Shown here piece by piece: positions 7,461 to 15,976 of a stretch of DNA of 32,000 nt. Numbering within the stretch: position 1 is the stretch's first letter; each line of letters starts with the position of its first letter. Under the pieces are notes generated by a model. The model did no database searches. It worked only from the letters and a program-made list of their open reading frames with translations, and was not told where the DNA came from. The DNA comes from Erysipelotrichaceae bacterium (GTDB taxonomy: Bacteria; Bacillota_I; Bacilli_A; Erysipelotrichales; Coprobacillaceae). The DNA is taken from the NCBI GenBank assembly GCA_028698185.1, contig JAQVDW010000004.1, positions 1 through 32,000 on the forward strand, written 5' to 3'. Position numbers and translations under genes: made by a program.

Positions 7461-9410
7461 ATGGAAAGAAAATATCCGAATTTATCCAAACCAATCCAGA
7501 TTGGAAATGTGTATTTTAGAAACCGGATGTTCGGTGCGCCTATGGGTGGGACCGACATCACGGCCGACTGCACTATCGGTCCGAAAACTACGGCTTTCTA
7601 TGAGTTAAGAGCCAAAGGTGGGGTGGCCAACGTTACGGTCAGCGAACTGGTTGTCCATCCCAAGACAGAAGCATCGCACATGTACCATCTTGACTTGCAG
7701 ACAGTCAACTCCCTGGCTAGCTTCACCTATACAGCTGATGCGATCCGCCGTCATGGTGCCATCGCTTCGGTCGAACTGTCGCACTCGGGCCAATATGCCG
7801 GGACATATCTTGTCGACAAGGACAAGAAAGAGGGTATGGCCCAATGGGGACCAAGCGCAGGTCTTAGACCTGACGGACGGGAAGTTAAAGAACTTACCAA
7901 AGAACTGATCCAGGAAATCGTTGAAGCGTATGGGGAAAAAGCTGCTCTGGCCAAAAAAGCCGGATTCGAGATGGTCATGATCCACGGTGGTCATGGCTGG
8001 CTGATCAACCAGTTCCTTTCACCTTTTTTCAACAAGCGTACCGATGAATATGGTGGACCGTTGGAAAACCGTGTCCGTTTTGCCATCGAAGTGTTGGAAA
8101 GCGTCCGCAAGGCTGTCGGTCCGGGATTCCCGATCGAATTTAGAATGAGCGGTTCAGAGCTTTTTGAAGGTGGCTACACCCTTGAAGACGGTGTTGAAAT
8201 CGCCAAACTGATCGAAGACAAGATCGACCTGCTTCATGTATCGGCAGGAACATACCAGAAGGGATTCGGTGTCACCCATCCATCGATGTTCTTGGAACAT
8301 GGTCCTAACGTCTATCTTGTAGCTGAAATCAAAAAACATGTAAAAGTTCCAGTTGCCACTATTGGGGCATTGAACGATCCTGAAAAGATGGAAGAGATCA
8401 TCGCTTCAGGAAAAGCCGACATCGTCGAAATGGCCCGGGCTTTGCTTGCCGATCCGGAACTCCCTAGAAAAGTCATGACAAACAATGATCACCTGATCGT
8501 CAAATGCATGCGCTGCTTCACTTGCATGGCTGAACGTGCGGTTACTGGAACAAGACGCTGCACGGTCAATCCAATGATCGGTCGCGAAAGCGATGGTCTG
8601 GAAATCATCCCGGCAGCCAACAAGAAAAAAGTCCTTGTTGTCGGAGCCGGTCCAGGCGGGCTTCAGGCAGCTTACACGGCAGCACGCCGCGGCCATGATG
8701 TTGTCCTTTGCGACAGCAACGATGAAGTGGGAGGAATCCTGATCGGCGAAAAAGCCATTCCGTTCAAATATTCGATGTATGAACTGGGAGTCTCCCTGGG
8801 AAGACTGGCAAAAGAGGCCGGCGTCGACATCCGTCTCAACACAACTGTAGACAAGGCTTATGCCCAAAATGAAAACGCCGATGTGATTATCGTGGCTGCG
8901 GGATCCAAAGCCCTGGTACCTCCAATTCCAGGACTTGACGGTGCCAATGTCATCCAGGCAACCGCATATCATCATAACCAGGACCAAGTAAAAGACAGTG
9001 TCATTGTCCTTGGTGGCGGTCTTTCAGGAACAGAACTGGCTGTCCATCTGGCAAATGAGGGCAAAGCAGTCAAACTTGTGGAAATGGGAAGCGAACTGGC
9101 ACCGGATGCCAATATCCGCCACCGTCCATTGCTCCTCGATGAGGTGAATAAAAAAGGCGTCGAAGTGTTTACCGACCATAAAGGTCTCCAGGTAAATGAT
9201 AACGGCATTGTCTGTCTTGACAAAGAAGGCAATGAAGTAGTCCTTGAAGGCCGAACTGTCATCTGCGCCCTGGGTCAGGTGGCCCGCCGCGATATCGTCG
9301 ATGAACTGATCGACGAAGCGCCAATTGTCAAAACGGTCGGGGACTGTGCTAAAGTCGCGACTATCACGACAGCCATCTATCAGGGCCATCACGCTGCTCT
9401 TGATATCTAA
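7461..9410 (+). CDS. 2-enoate reductase / NADH:flavin oxidoreductase family (OYE-like FMN barrel, 4Fe-4S site and FAD/NAD(P) domain)
   Basis: HGGHGWLINQFLSPFFNKRTDEYGG is an OYE signature. CMRCFTCMAERAVTGTRRCTVNP is a Cys cluster. VLVVGAGPGGLQAA and VIVLGGGLSGTELA are two Rossmann motifs. The 649-aa length matches the enoate-reductase/BaiH/2,4-dienoyl-CoA-reductase architecture. Confidence 0.85.
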   Translation: MERKYPNLSKPIQIGNVYFRNRMFGAPMGGTDITADCTIGPKTTAFYELRAKGGVANVTVSELVVHPKTEASHMYHLDLQTVNSLASFTYTADAIRRHGAIASVELSHSGQYAGTYLVDKDKKEGMAQWGPSAGLRPDGREVKELTKELIQEIVEAYGEKAALAKKAGFEMVMIHGGHGWLINQFLSPFFNKRTDEYGGPLENRVRFAIEVLESVRKAVGPGFPIEFRMSGSELFEGGYTLEDGVEIAKLIEDKIDLLHVSAGTYQKGFGVTHPSMFLEHGPNVYLVAEIKKHVKVPVATIGALNDPEKMEEIIASGKADIVEMARALLADPELPRKVMTNNDHLIVKCMRCFTCMAERAVTGTRRCTVNPMIGRESDGLEIIPAANKKKVLVVGAGPGGLQAAYTAARRGHDVVLCDSNDEVGGILIGEKAIPFKYSMYELGVSLGRLAKEAGVDIRLNTTVDKAYAQNENADVIIVAAGSKALVPPIPGLDGANVIQATAYHHNQDQVKDSVIVLGGGLSGTELAVHLANEGKAVKLVEMGSELAPDANIRHRPLLLDEVNKKGVEVFTDHKGLQVNDNGIVCLDKEGNEVVLEGRTVICALGQVARRDIVDELIDEAPIVKTVGDCAKVATITTAIYQGHHAALDI

Positions 9411-9473
9411 TCATTATCCTTTAGTTTAATCCTTATATAATGCAACCTCACTTATCTTTAATTGTAGACCATA

Positions 9474-9517
9474 GCAAAAACCATGATGACCTTCCATAGG
9501 AATCATGGTTTTTTTCT
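9474..9517 (+). terminator. rho-independent terminator after the reductase gene
   Basis: AAAAACCATGAT (9476-9487) pairs with ATCATGGTTTTT (9502-9513), followed by a T-run. Confidence 0.8.
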
Positions 9518-9611
9518 ACTCGTCCGGTTTTCAAATCCGGGAATTGGCTGGATGTTGTTTACAGATGGATTTGAAAAAAGGTAGAATATAAAGGAAAGCG
9601 AGGAACACATC

Positions 9612-10937
9612 ATGAGACCAAAACTGCATTTCACGCCACCAAGAAACTGGATGAACGATCCCAACGGGCTGATCTATTTCCGGGGAAATTATCATATCTT
9701 TTACCAGCATTTCCCATACACCTGCCAGTGGGGGACGATGCACTGGGGTCACGCCACAACCAAGGACCTGGTCAACTTCGAGCATCTGCCCATCGCCCTC
9801 TATCCTTCCAAGGACTATGACCGCAACGGCTGTTTCTCGGGCAGCGCGATAGTGTACAACGGCAAACTCCACCTTTACTATACCGCCATCAGATATGCCA
9901 AAGAGAATCCGGAGTTCGTCCATGTCCAATACAGTGATGACGACCTGATCGCCTCCCAGGGGCTTGTCATCTCCGATGACGGTTTCACATTCGACAACAA
10001 AAATGCCAAACACAAGGTTGTCGATGTCATCACCGACGGAAAACTTGGAGACATCCGCCATACCCGGGATCCCAAAGTGTGGATTGGAACCAACGGCCAT
10101 GTCTACATGATCATCGGTTCCAAGGTCCAAAGTGAAAAGGGCTATGACGGTGAGGTCCTGTTCTATGAAAGCGAAGATGGGCTGAATTTCAGTTACAAGA
10201 ACCGTTTTATTGATGCCAATATCGGCGACATGTGGGAGTGCCCCGACCTTTTCGCCCTCGATGGCCAGTATTATCTGGTCTTCTCACCCGAAAACATCGA
10301 CCAGCCGCCCAAACCCAATTCCAATGCGGTGATCATGCCGGTCGCCTTTGATGAAACGACCTGCACGATGGCCAAGATGGGCGAATATGTCTATCTCGAC
10401 TATGGTCTTGATTTCTATGCGCCCCAGACCTTTCTCGATGAATCGGGAAGAAGGACGCTGCTGGGCTGGGAACGGATGCGCGAACCGGTCCGAGGCGAAA
10501 ACTGGGTCGGAATGCTGACAATGCCTAGAGTCCTCACCCAGAAGGACGGCCATGTCTACCAGAATGTCCATCCCAACATTGCCGGAATGTTTACCCGGGA
10601 AATGGCCAGATGCGATTTCACCCAGCCGTTCTTGCTCAAGACATCGCTTAAAGAAGGCGAAAAGATCAAACTGGGTGGAATGAAAATGGCCATCAAGGAC
10701 GACTGCCTTTGCGTGGACCGGGCAAGTGTCTCGATAAAAGCGGATAAGGTCTCGAACTACAACTGTACGCCCAAGCTTAATGGCCGCTATGATCTGGAAA
10801 TATATTATGACTTCCAGGTGTTCGAAATATTCATCAATGATGGATTTTATGTTTTAAGTCAGGTTGTCTATGAACTTGGTGAAAACATTCTGTTGCCAGA
10901 ATCGGCTGGAACCATGATCTTCGGTTTGGAAAAATAA
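9612..10937 (+). CDS. glycoside hydrolase family 32 (beta-fructofuranosidase / sucrose-6-phosphate hydrolase-like)
   Basis: It carries the WMNDPNG, RDPKV and WECPDLF catalytic motifs in the canonical order, over 441 aa. Confidence 0.9.
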   Translation: MRPKLHFTPPRNWMNDPNGLIYFRGNYHIFYQHFPYTCQWGTMHWGHATTKDLVNFEHLPIALYPSKDYDRNGCFSGSAIVYNGKLHLYYTAIRYAKENPEFVHVQYSDDDLIASQGLVISDDGFTFDNKNAKHKVVDVITDGKLGDIRHTRDPKVWIGTNGHVYMIIGSKVQSEKGYDGEVLFYESEDGLNFSYKNRFIDANIGDMWECPDLFALDGQYYLVFSPENIDQPPKPNSNAVIMPVAFDETTCTMAKMGEYVYLDYGLDFYAPQTFLDESGRRTLLGWERMREPVRGENWVGMLTMPRVLTQKDGHVYQNVHPNIAGMFTREMARCDFTQPFLLKTSLKEGEKIKLGGMKMAIKDDCLCVDRASVSIKADKVSNYNCTPKLNGRYDLEIYYDFQVFEIFINDGFYVLSQVVYELGENILLPESAGTMIFGLEK

Positions 10938-11324
10938 ATGGCTTGAAAAGTCAGCTACGTGATTGGGAGGGATCTCAGGCAACCTGGTTGGCTGTTTTTT
11001 GAAATCCTGGTAAACAATTTGCCCTCGAACGCCCTTAATGGTTTAGAGTGAATCCAGAAAGGCACCGTTTGAACATTCTCCGTCACTTGCAGTATGTTGA
11101 ACTCTTTTTTTGAGGGCATGTCCATGTCGGTCATGGAATCAGGGGCATCGAAGAAATTGGGGGTCCTGATCAAAAATTATCCGGACGACTTGACTTAAAG
11201 TGAACTTCATGATGTATATTTAAAGGTGTTGCAACTTTTGTTTGAGTTTGCGCGCTTCTCGATTCAACAAGCCAAATCAAGGCAGTCAGTTGTTTTGGCT
11301 GTCAAATTAAGGAGGGTATTTACC

Positions 11325-12341
11325 ATGCATATGGCTGACGCTTTGGTTTCCCCACAAGTCGGGGGAGCTTTGTTTGTCGCTGCGGCTGGTGTGGCGGCCT
11401 ATTCACTAAGGAAAGTAAAAAATGATTTCGCGGAATACAAGGTTCCCCTGATGGGGGTTATGGGAGCGTTTGTTTTTGCGGCCCAGATGATCAACTTCAC
11501 GATTCCCGGGACCGGTTCAAGCGGGCATATCGGGGGAGGGATCCTGCTGGCGATCTTGCTTGGTCCCTATGCGGGATTTTTGACGATGGCCTCGATCCTG
11601 GTAGTCCAGGCCCTGTTTTTCGGGGACGGGGGACTGCTGGCGCTTGGCTGCAATATCATCAATATGGGATTGTTCACCTGTTTTGTTGCCTATCCGTTGA
11701 TCTATAAACCGATAGCGCAAAGGGGTCTGACCCGGAACCGGATCTTCATCGGTGCACTGTTGAGTGTTGTTGTCGGGTTGCAGATGGGGGCCTTCAGCGT
11801 CGTTATGGAAACATTGCTTTCAGGCAAGACTGAGCTGCCGTTTGGCACCTTTGTCATGCTGATGCAGCCGATCCACCTGGCCATCGGAGCCGTCGAGGGG
11901 CTGATCACCGGGTCGGTCGTGGCCTTCATTTACCAGGCCCGGCCGGAACTGCTTGACAGCGCAAATGATGTTGGGCCAGGCCGATCAAAAAGCTTCAGGA
12001 AAGTTTTCGCCACTTTGGCGGTGGTGACATTGATGGTCGGGGGCGTGCTTTCATGGTTTGCTTCAAGCAATCCCGATGGCCTGGAATGGGCGATGGAAAG
12101 AACCGCCGGAACTGCCGAGCTCGAAGATGACGGAACAGTCCATTCCATCATGGGCGAAGTCCAGGAAAAGACGGCATTCCTGCCCGATTATGGTTTTGCC
12201 GGGGATGTCGGCGATAAAATCACCCAGTACTTAGGAACAAGTGTGTCCGGAATTGTCGGTGGTGGACTGACCCTGGGGTTATGTGCTACAATTGGGATGA
12301 CGATAATTCACGTTAAAAACAAAAAGGGTTCCACTTTGTAA
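11325..12341 (+). CDS. cbiM: ECF transporter substrate-capture component CbiM/NikM with a fused C-terminal PDGLE domain
   Basis: The ORF track frame is 11226..12341. ATG 11325 (MHMADALVSP...) follows AAGGAGGG by 7 nt. It has the N-terminal Met-His typical of CbiM, PLMGVMGAFVFAAQMINF, GSSGHIGGG and FFGDGG. The C-terminal NPDGLEW is the PDGLE motif. Confidence 0.85.
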   Translation: MHMADALVSPQVGGALFVAAAGVAAYSLRKVKNDFAEYKVPLMGVMGAFVFAAQMINFTIPGTGSSGHIGGGILLAILLGPYAGFLTMASILVVQALFFGDGGLLALGCNIINMGLFTCFVAYPLIYKPIAQRGLTRNRIFIGALLSVVVGLQMGAFSVVMETLLSGKTELPFGTFVMLMQPIHLAIGAVEGLITGSVVAFIYQARPELLDSANDVGPGRSKSFRKVFATLAVVTLMVGGVLSWFASSNPDGLEWAMERTAGTAELEDDGTVHSIMGEVQEKTAFLPDYGFAGDVGDKITQYLGTSVSGIVGGGLTLGLCATIGMTIIHVKNKKGSTL

Positions 12342-12395
12342 GTGGAGCCTTATTCTTAAACTGACATCAATATCAAACGAGAAGGGGGTGCACCG

Positions 12396-13169
12396 ATGCA
12401 AAAGATACTCTCGGCCATGGACAATATCCGGCTGTTCGACGACCTGGCCCGCAAGAAGTCGGCCATCCATTCGCTTCATCCTGTTGCCAAGCTGATCACG
12501 ACTTTCGCATTTTTGCTGTTCCTGGTTTCCTTCGGGCGTTATGAGATCATCAAGCTGCTGCCTTTTGTGGCTTTTCCACTGTTCATGATCATCAAGGCCG
12601 ACCTGCCCCTGATTCCCCTTGGACAGCGGCTGCTGGTGGTCGAGCCGCTGATCGTCGGGGTCGGGATCCTGAATCCGCTTTTCGATCCGGCGGGGTGGCT
12701 CACCTTCGCTTCAATCATGATCAAAGCCACCTTGACGGTGGTTGCCGCCCTGGTCCTGGTTGGAACAACCGGGATGGACCGGCTGGCCAGTGCCCTGTAC
12801 AAGCTCAAGGTTCCGGATATGTTTGTCTTGCAGCTGACCTTGACCTATCGCTATATTTTCGTGCTCGTCGAGGAGCTGGTGGTGATGATGCGGGCCTATT
12901 CGCTGCGCAGTTACACCCAGAAGGGAATTTCATTCAAGGATGGCGGTCCATTTGTCGGCCAGCTGCTTTTAAGGACGCTGGACCGGGCCCAGCGGGTCCA
13001 TTATGCCATGGGATTGCGCGGGTTTCAGGGCCGATATCCTGACGACGGGCAAACTTCACTAAAAGCGAAGGACCTGGTTTTCGCCCTGGGCTGGATCGGT
13101 TTCTTTCTGCTTTGCCGGTTCTACAATTGGCCGGCATTGCTCGGTCTATTATTGGGAGGTATACAATGA
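12396..13169 (+). CDS. cbiQ: ECF transporter transmembrane (T) component CbiQ
   Basis: 257 aa and polytopic, with a conserved Arg-rich coupling region (AYSLRSY...RTLDRAQRVHYAMGLRG). It sits between cbiM and the ATPase gene. Confidence 0.8.
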   Translation: MQKILSAMDNIRLFDDLARKKSAIHSLHPVAKLITTFAFLLFLVSFGRYEIIKLLPFVAFPLFMIIKADLPLIPLGQRLLVVEPLIVGVGILNPLFDPAGWLTFASIMIKATLTVVAALVLVGTTGMDRLASALYKLKVPDMFVLQLTLTYRYIFVLVEELVVMMRAYSLRSYTQKGISFKDGGPFVGQLLLRTLDRAQRVHYAMGLRGFQGRYPDDGQTSLKAKDLVFALGWIGFFLLCRFYNWPALLGLLLGGIQ

Positions 13170-13933
13170 GTCATCATAAAATTGAAGTGAGGAATCTGGC
13201 GTACAGCTATCCTGATGGCTGCCAGGCAATCAGGGACATATCGTTCACCATCCGCCATGGCGAGTCGGTGGGAATAATCGGGGCCAATGGTTCGGGCAAA
13301 TCGACCTTGTTGATGCTGCTCCTTGGAATCATGTTTCCAAGCAAGGGCCAGGTGCTTGTCGGTGATGTCGCCCTGACAAAAAAGACCCTGGCGATGATCC
13401 GCCAGCGGCTGCAGCTGGTGTTCCAGGATAGCGACGATCAGCTGTTTACGACTTCGGTTTTTGATGACGTCGCCTTTGGACCACGCAACTACAATCTGAG
13501 CCCAACCGAAGTTGATACCCGGGTCGACGAGGCGCTTGAACAGGTTGGCATTGCCCATCTCAAATACAAGGCGCCCTACAAGCTTTCGGGTGGCCAGAAA
13601 AAAGCCGCGGCGATTGCCACGGTATTGGCCATGCATCCCGATGTGCTGATCATGGATGAGCCGACTTCGGGACTTGACCCAAAATCCCGGCGCCGCCTGA
13701 TTGACATTCTCAAGTGCTTCGACCACACCAAGATTATCACAAGCCACGATCTGGATCTGGTTCTGGATACCTGCCAAATCACGATTGTAATCAATGACGG
13801 AACGGTGGCGGCCATCGGTCCCACTGAAGAGGTCCTTTCCAATCGGGAACTGCTCGAAAGGTGCGATCTTGAAGTGCCACTTTCAATCAAACTACGCTCT
13901 CTACAGGGCAATGGAAGGCATGATGCCGATTAA
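13166..13933 (+). CDS. cbiO: ECF transporter ATPase CbiO
   Basis: The ORF track frame is 13112..13933. ATG 13166 (MSHHKIEVRNL) follows GGGAGG and overlaps the cbiQ stop as ATGA. It has Walker A GANGSGKST, signature LSGGQKK and Walker B VLIMDEPTSGLD. Confidence 0.9.
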   Translation: MSHHKIEVRNLAYSYPDGCQAIRDISFTIRHGESVGIIGANGSGKSTLLMLLLGIMFPSKGQVLVGDVALTKKTLAMIRQRLQLVFQDSDDQLFTTSVFDDVAFGPRNYNLSPTEVDTRVDEALEQVGIAHLKYKAPYKLSGGQKKAAAIATVLAMHPDVLIMDEPTSGLDPKSRRRLIDILKCFDHTKIITSHDLDLVLDTCQITIVINDGTVAAIGPTEEVLSNRELLERCDLEVPLSIKLRSLQGNGRHDAD

Positions 13934-14058
13934 ATCTGGCGACAAATAATTATCAGCCAATCCATCTGGATGCGTTATGTGGCGCTGGGGTGGGTTGGCC
14001 TTTTCGCTTTTCCTTTCTTAAATCAAGCTGATTGCAACATGATGACTTGATTGCATGC

Positions 14059-14098
14059 AAAATAAAAACAGTCAGTCCCTGATCTTGGGAGCTGACCG
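14059..14098 (-). terminator. rho-independent terminator of the minus-strand operon
   Basis: The minus strand reads GGTCAGCTCCC-aagatc-AGGGACTGAC, followed by TGTTTTTATTTT. It lies just downstream of the AKR stop at 14112. Confidence 0.75.
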
Positions 14099-14111
14099 TT
14101 AGTGATTCTGG

Positions 14112-14975
14112 CTATTTTCCGCTGAATACTGGCATAATTCGCATCATCCCGTATCCTTTGATTGGGGTGATGTTATTGAGTTTAGCCATATCCAGGTCGC
14201 TGATCTCAAAATCGACGGATGCATTTTCTTTCATATGCTCTGGATTGGCAGTCTTTGGCAGAGCGACCGTTCCAAGTTGCAGGTCATAACGGATGCAAAG
14301 CTGCGCTACGGTGACACCATATTTCGCTGCGATTGCCGCAATTTCCTTGTTTTTCAACACTTTGCCATGCGCGATTGGCGCATAGGCTTCGATCAGAATA
14401 TCCCTTTTATGGCAAAATTCAATCAGTTCGTGAGGCGTGTTGGAGATATGGCAAAGAACCTGGTTGACCATCGGCTTGATTTTGCAACCGGAAAGCAGGC
14501 TTTCGAGGTCGTCGATCAGAAAGTTGGAAACACCAATTGCCCGTAACAGACCCGCCTCATAAGCCTTCTCCATCGCCCGCCAAACCTCTTTGTTCTCCTG
14601 GTAGTAGCGGTTTTTCTTGCTGCGCCACTTGTTCCAGGGCTGGGGCGCGTGGATGATGAGAAGATCAAGATAATCCAGGCCAGTTGCGCTCAGGATATCA
14701 TCGATCGCTTTTTTTGCGGCCTGGTAGCTTTTGGCTTCGGCTGCGATTTTGCTTGTCACAAAAAGCTCTTCGCGAGGCACACCGCAAGTCCGGATTCCTT
14801 CACCGACGCCCGCTTCATTCATGTATGCCTGGGCGGTATCGACAAGCCGATAGCCGTTTGCAACAGCCTGTCTTATTGCTTGGGCTGCTGATTTGTTGTT
14901 GATGAACCACGTTCCAAGACCAAGCCTTGGTATCTCTACACCGTTTGATAGTGTGTATTTTTCTTCTAAAATCAT
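14112..14975 (-). CDS. aldo/keto reductase (2,5-diketo-D-gluconate-reductase-like)
   Basis: Motifs LGLGTW, YRLVDTAQAYMNE and LDYLDLLIIHAP over 287 aa, with a GAGGAGGA SD. Confidence 0.88.
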   Translation of the reverse strand: MILEEKYTLSNGVEIPRLGLGTWFINNKSAAQAIRQAVANGYRLVDTAQAYMNEAGVGEGIRTCGVPREELFVTSKIAAEAKSYQAAKKAIDDILSATGLDYLDLLIIHAPQPWNKWRSKKNRYYQENKEVWRAMEKAYEAGLLRAIGVSNFLIDDLESLLSGCKIKPMVNQVLCHISNTPHELIEFCHKRDILIEAYAPIAHGKVLKNKEIAAIAAKYGVTVAQLCIRYDLQLGTVALPKTANPEHMKENASVDFEISDLDMAKLNNITPIKGYGMMRIMPVFSGK

Positions 14976-14993
14976 CTGAATTCCTCCTCGATT

Positions 14994-15479
14994 TTATTCG
15001 TATAATGACAATATGATTGTCACGTTGCCAGTTCCAAGTATTTCTTTCAATTCATCCTGACTTGTGTCATTGATATGGCCCAGTTTGGTAAAGTTCCAAT
15101 TATTTGGCTCATAATATACCACGAAAGAATTTCCCATAAACAATATAAGATCACCCGGCTTGGTCGTGATATTCTCATCATTGGTCGGCAGACCTTTCCA
15201 GATCATCCCGACCTTTTCCATGCCGCCGTAGTCGCGCATCTGGATTGTTTTGGGCCCGCGCTCGAGCATCTGTCTTAATGCCTGAGCCGAGGAGTTGTTT
15301 TCCATTGTTGCGCCCATCTCATGACCGTTTATGGTCAGTCTTATCTGGTATTCGCCTTGGGGCGAAACTCCCAGGAAGCCAATAGGCGTGAACATGTAGA
15401 GAATCGCCAGGACCGCTATCGTCACAATCACGAATGGAACATACCACATTTTGCACACCTTCTTTTTAGATTTTTTCAT
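14994..15479 (-). CDS. cyclophilin-like-fold protein with an N-terminal membrane anchor or signal sequence
   Basis: The ORF track frame is 14994..15518. The start is ambiguous: GTG 15518 overlaps the cupin gene by 26 nt, ATG 15479 gives MKKSKKKVCKMWYVPFVIV..., and ATG 15452 has a GAAGGTG SD. The domain LTINGHEMGATMENNSSAQAL...GDLILFMGNSFVVYY resembles the small cyclophilin-like family that commonly sits next to cupin, CMD and flavodoxin genes. Confidence 0.6.
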   Translation of the reverse strand: MKKSKKKVCKMWYVPFVIVTIAVLAILYMFTPIGFLGVSPQGEYQIRLTINGHEMGATMENNSSAQALRQMLERGPKTIQMRDYGGMEKVGMIWKGLPTNDENITTKPGDLILFMGNSFVVYYEPNNWNFTKLGHINDTSQDELKEILGTGNVTIILSLYE

Positions 15480-15492
15480 AAAGATAGCTTTT

Positions 15493-15924
15493 TCAAAGAG
15501 CCTGGTAGCTGGATTCACTCACTTCTTCGAGCCATTGGACCGAGCGATCTTCGCCGATCGCATCAATCGCCAAAAGGCTAAAGCAGCTGTTTTTCTTGGT
15601 ACCATGCCAGTGTTTAACTCCAGGGGGGATGTGGACAACATCACCGGGTCCTAGCGGTAGCGCATCTTTTCCTTCTTCCTGGTACCAGCCTTCTCCCGCG
15701 GTGCAGATCAGAATTTGCCCGCCCCCTTTGGTGCTTTTGTGGACATGCCAGAAGCACCGTGAACCTGGTGAGAAGGTTACGTTTGCGAGCATCATTGATC
15801 TGCCCACCAATTTTACTGGTCGAAGATACGTCTTCCCGGTCATGTACCTTGCCAGGAAAAAATTTGGAATCCCGGTTTTGAATGTGTTGACTTTCTTGAA
15901 ATCTTTAAAATTCGCATATTTCAT
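15493..15924 (-). CDS. cupin-domain protein (small Mn-cupin type)
   Basis: VTFSPGSRCFWHVHKSTKGGGQILICTAGEGWYQEEG and GDVVHIPPGVKHWHG are the two cupin motifs, over 143 aa. An AAAGGAGA SD lies upstream. Confidence 0.85.
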   Translation of the reverse strand: MKYANFKDFKKVNTFKTGIPNFFLARYMTGKTYLRPVKLVGRSMMLANVTFSPGSRCFWHVHKSTKGGGQILICTAGEGWYQEEGKDALPLGPGDVVHIPPGVKHWHGTKKNSCFSLLAIDAIGEDRSVQWLEEVSESSYQAL

Positions 15925-15976
15925 GGATCAATCTCCTTTGCGCAAATGGTGATTTGGGTTCTTGTGAGGCAACTGA

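Noticed and set aside
9531-10130. 199-aa minus-strand ORF antisense to the GH32 gene. Similar long antisense or out-of-frame ORFs lie at 13121..13777 (antisense to cbiO), 8406..8987 (antisense to the reductase) and 6919..7608 (overlapping the MFS and reductase genes on the same strand in another frame).
   Set aside because: Each lies wholly or largely inside a gene with clear family motifs. Their translations are low-complexity or rich in R, P, S and G, and none has an SD. This is the usual stop-depleted alternative-frame artefact in GC-richer coding sequence.
11040-11100. Cobalamin riboswitch call upstream of cbiM, based on GTGAATCC and CCGTCACTTG.
   Set aside because: The spacing between these elements is too long. 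The GGGAA element and the B12 box are missing. The likely promoter (11190) lies downstream of the elements. I kept this only as an unexplained-region finding.
10955-11173. 72-aa minus-strand ORF in the GH32-cbiM intergenic region.
   Set aside because: It starts at TTG without an SD. The internal ATGs also lack an SD, and I recognise no motif.
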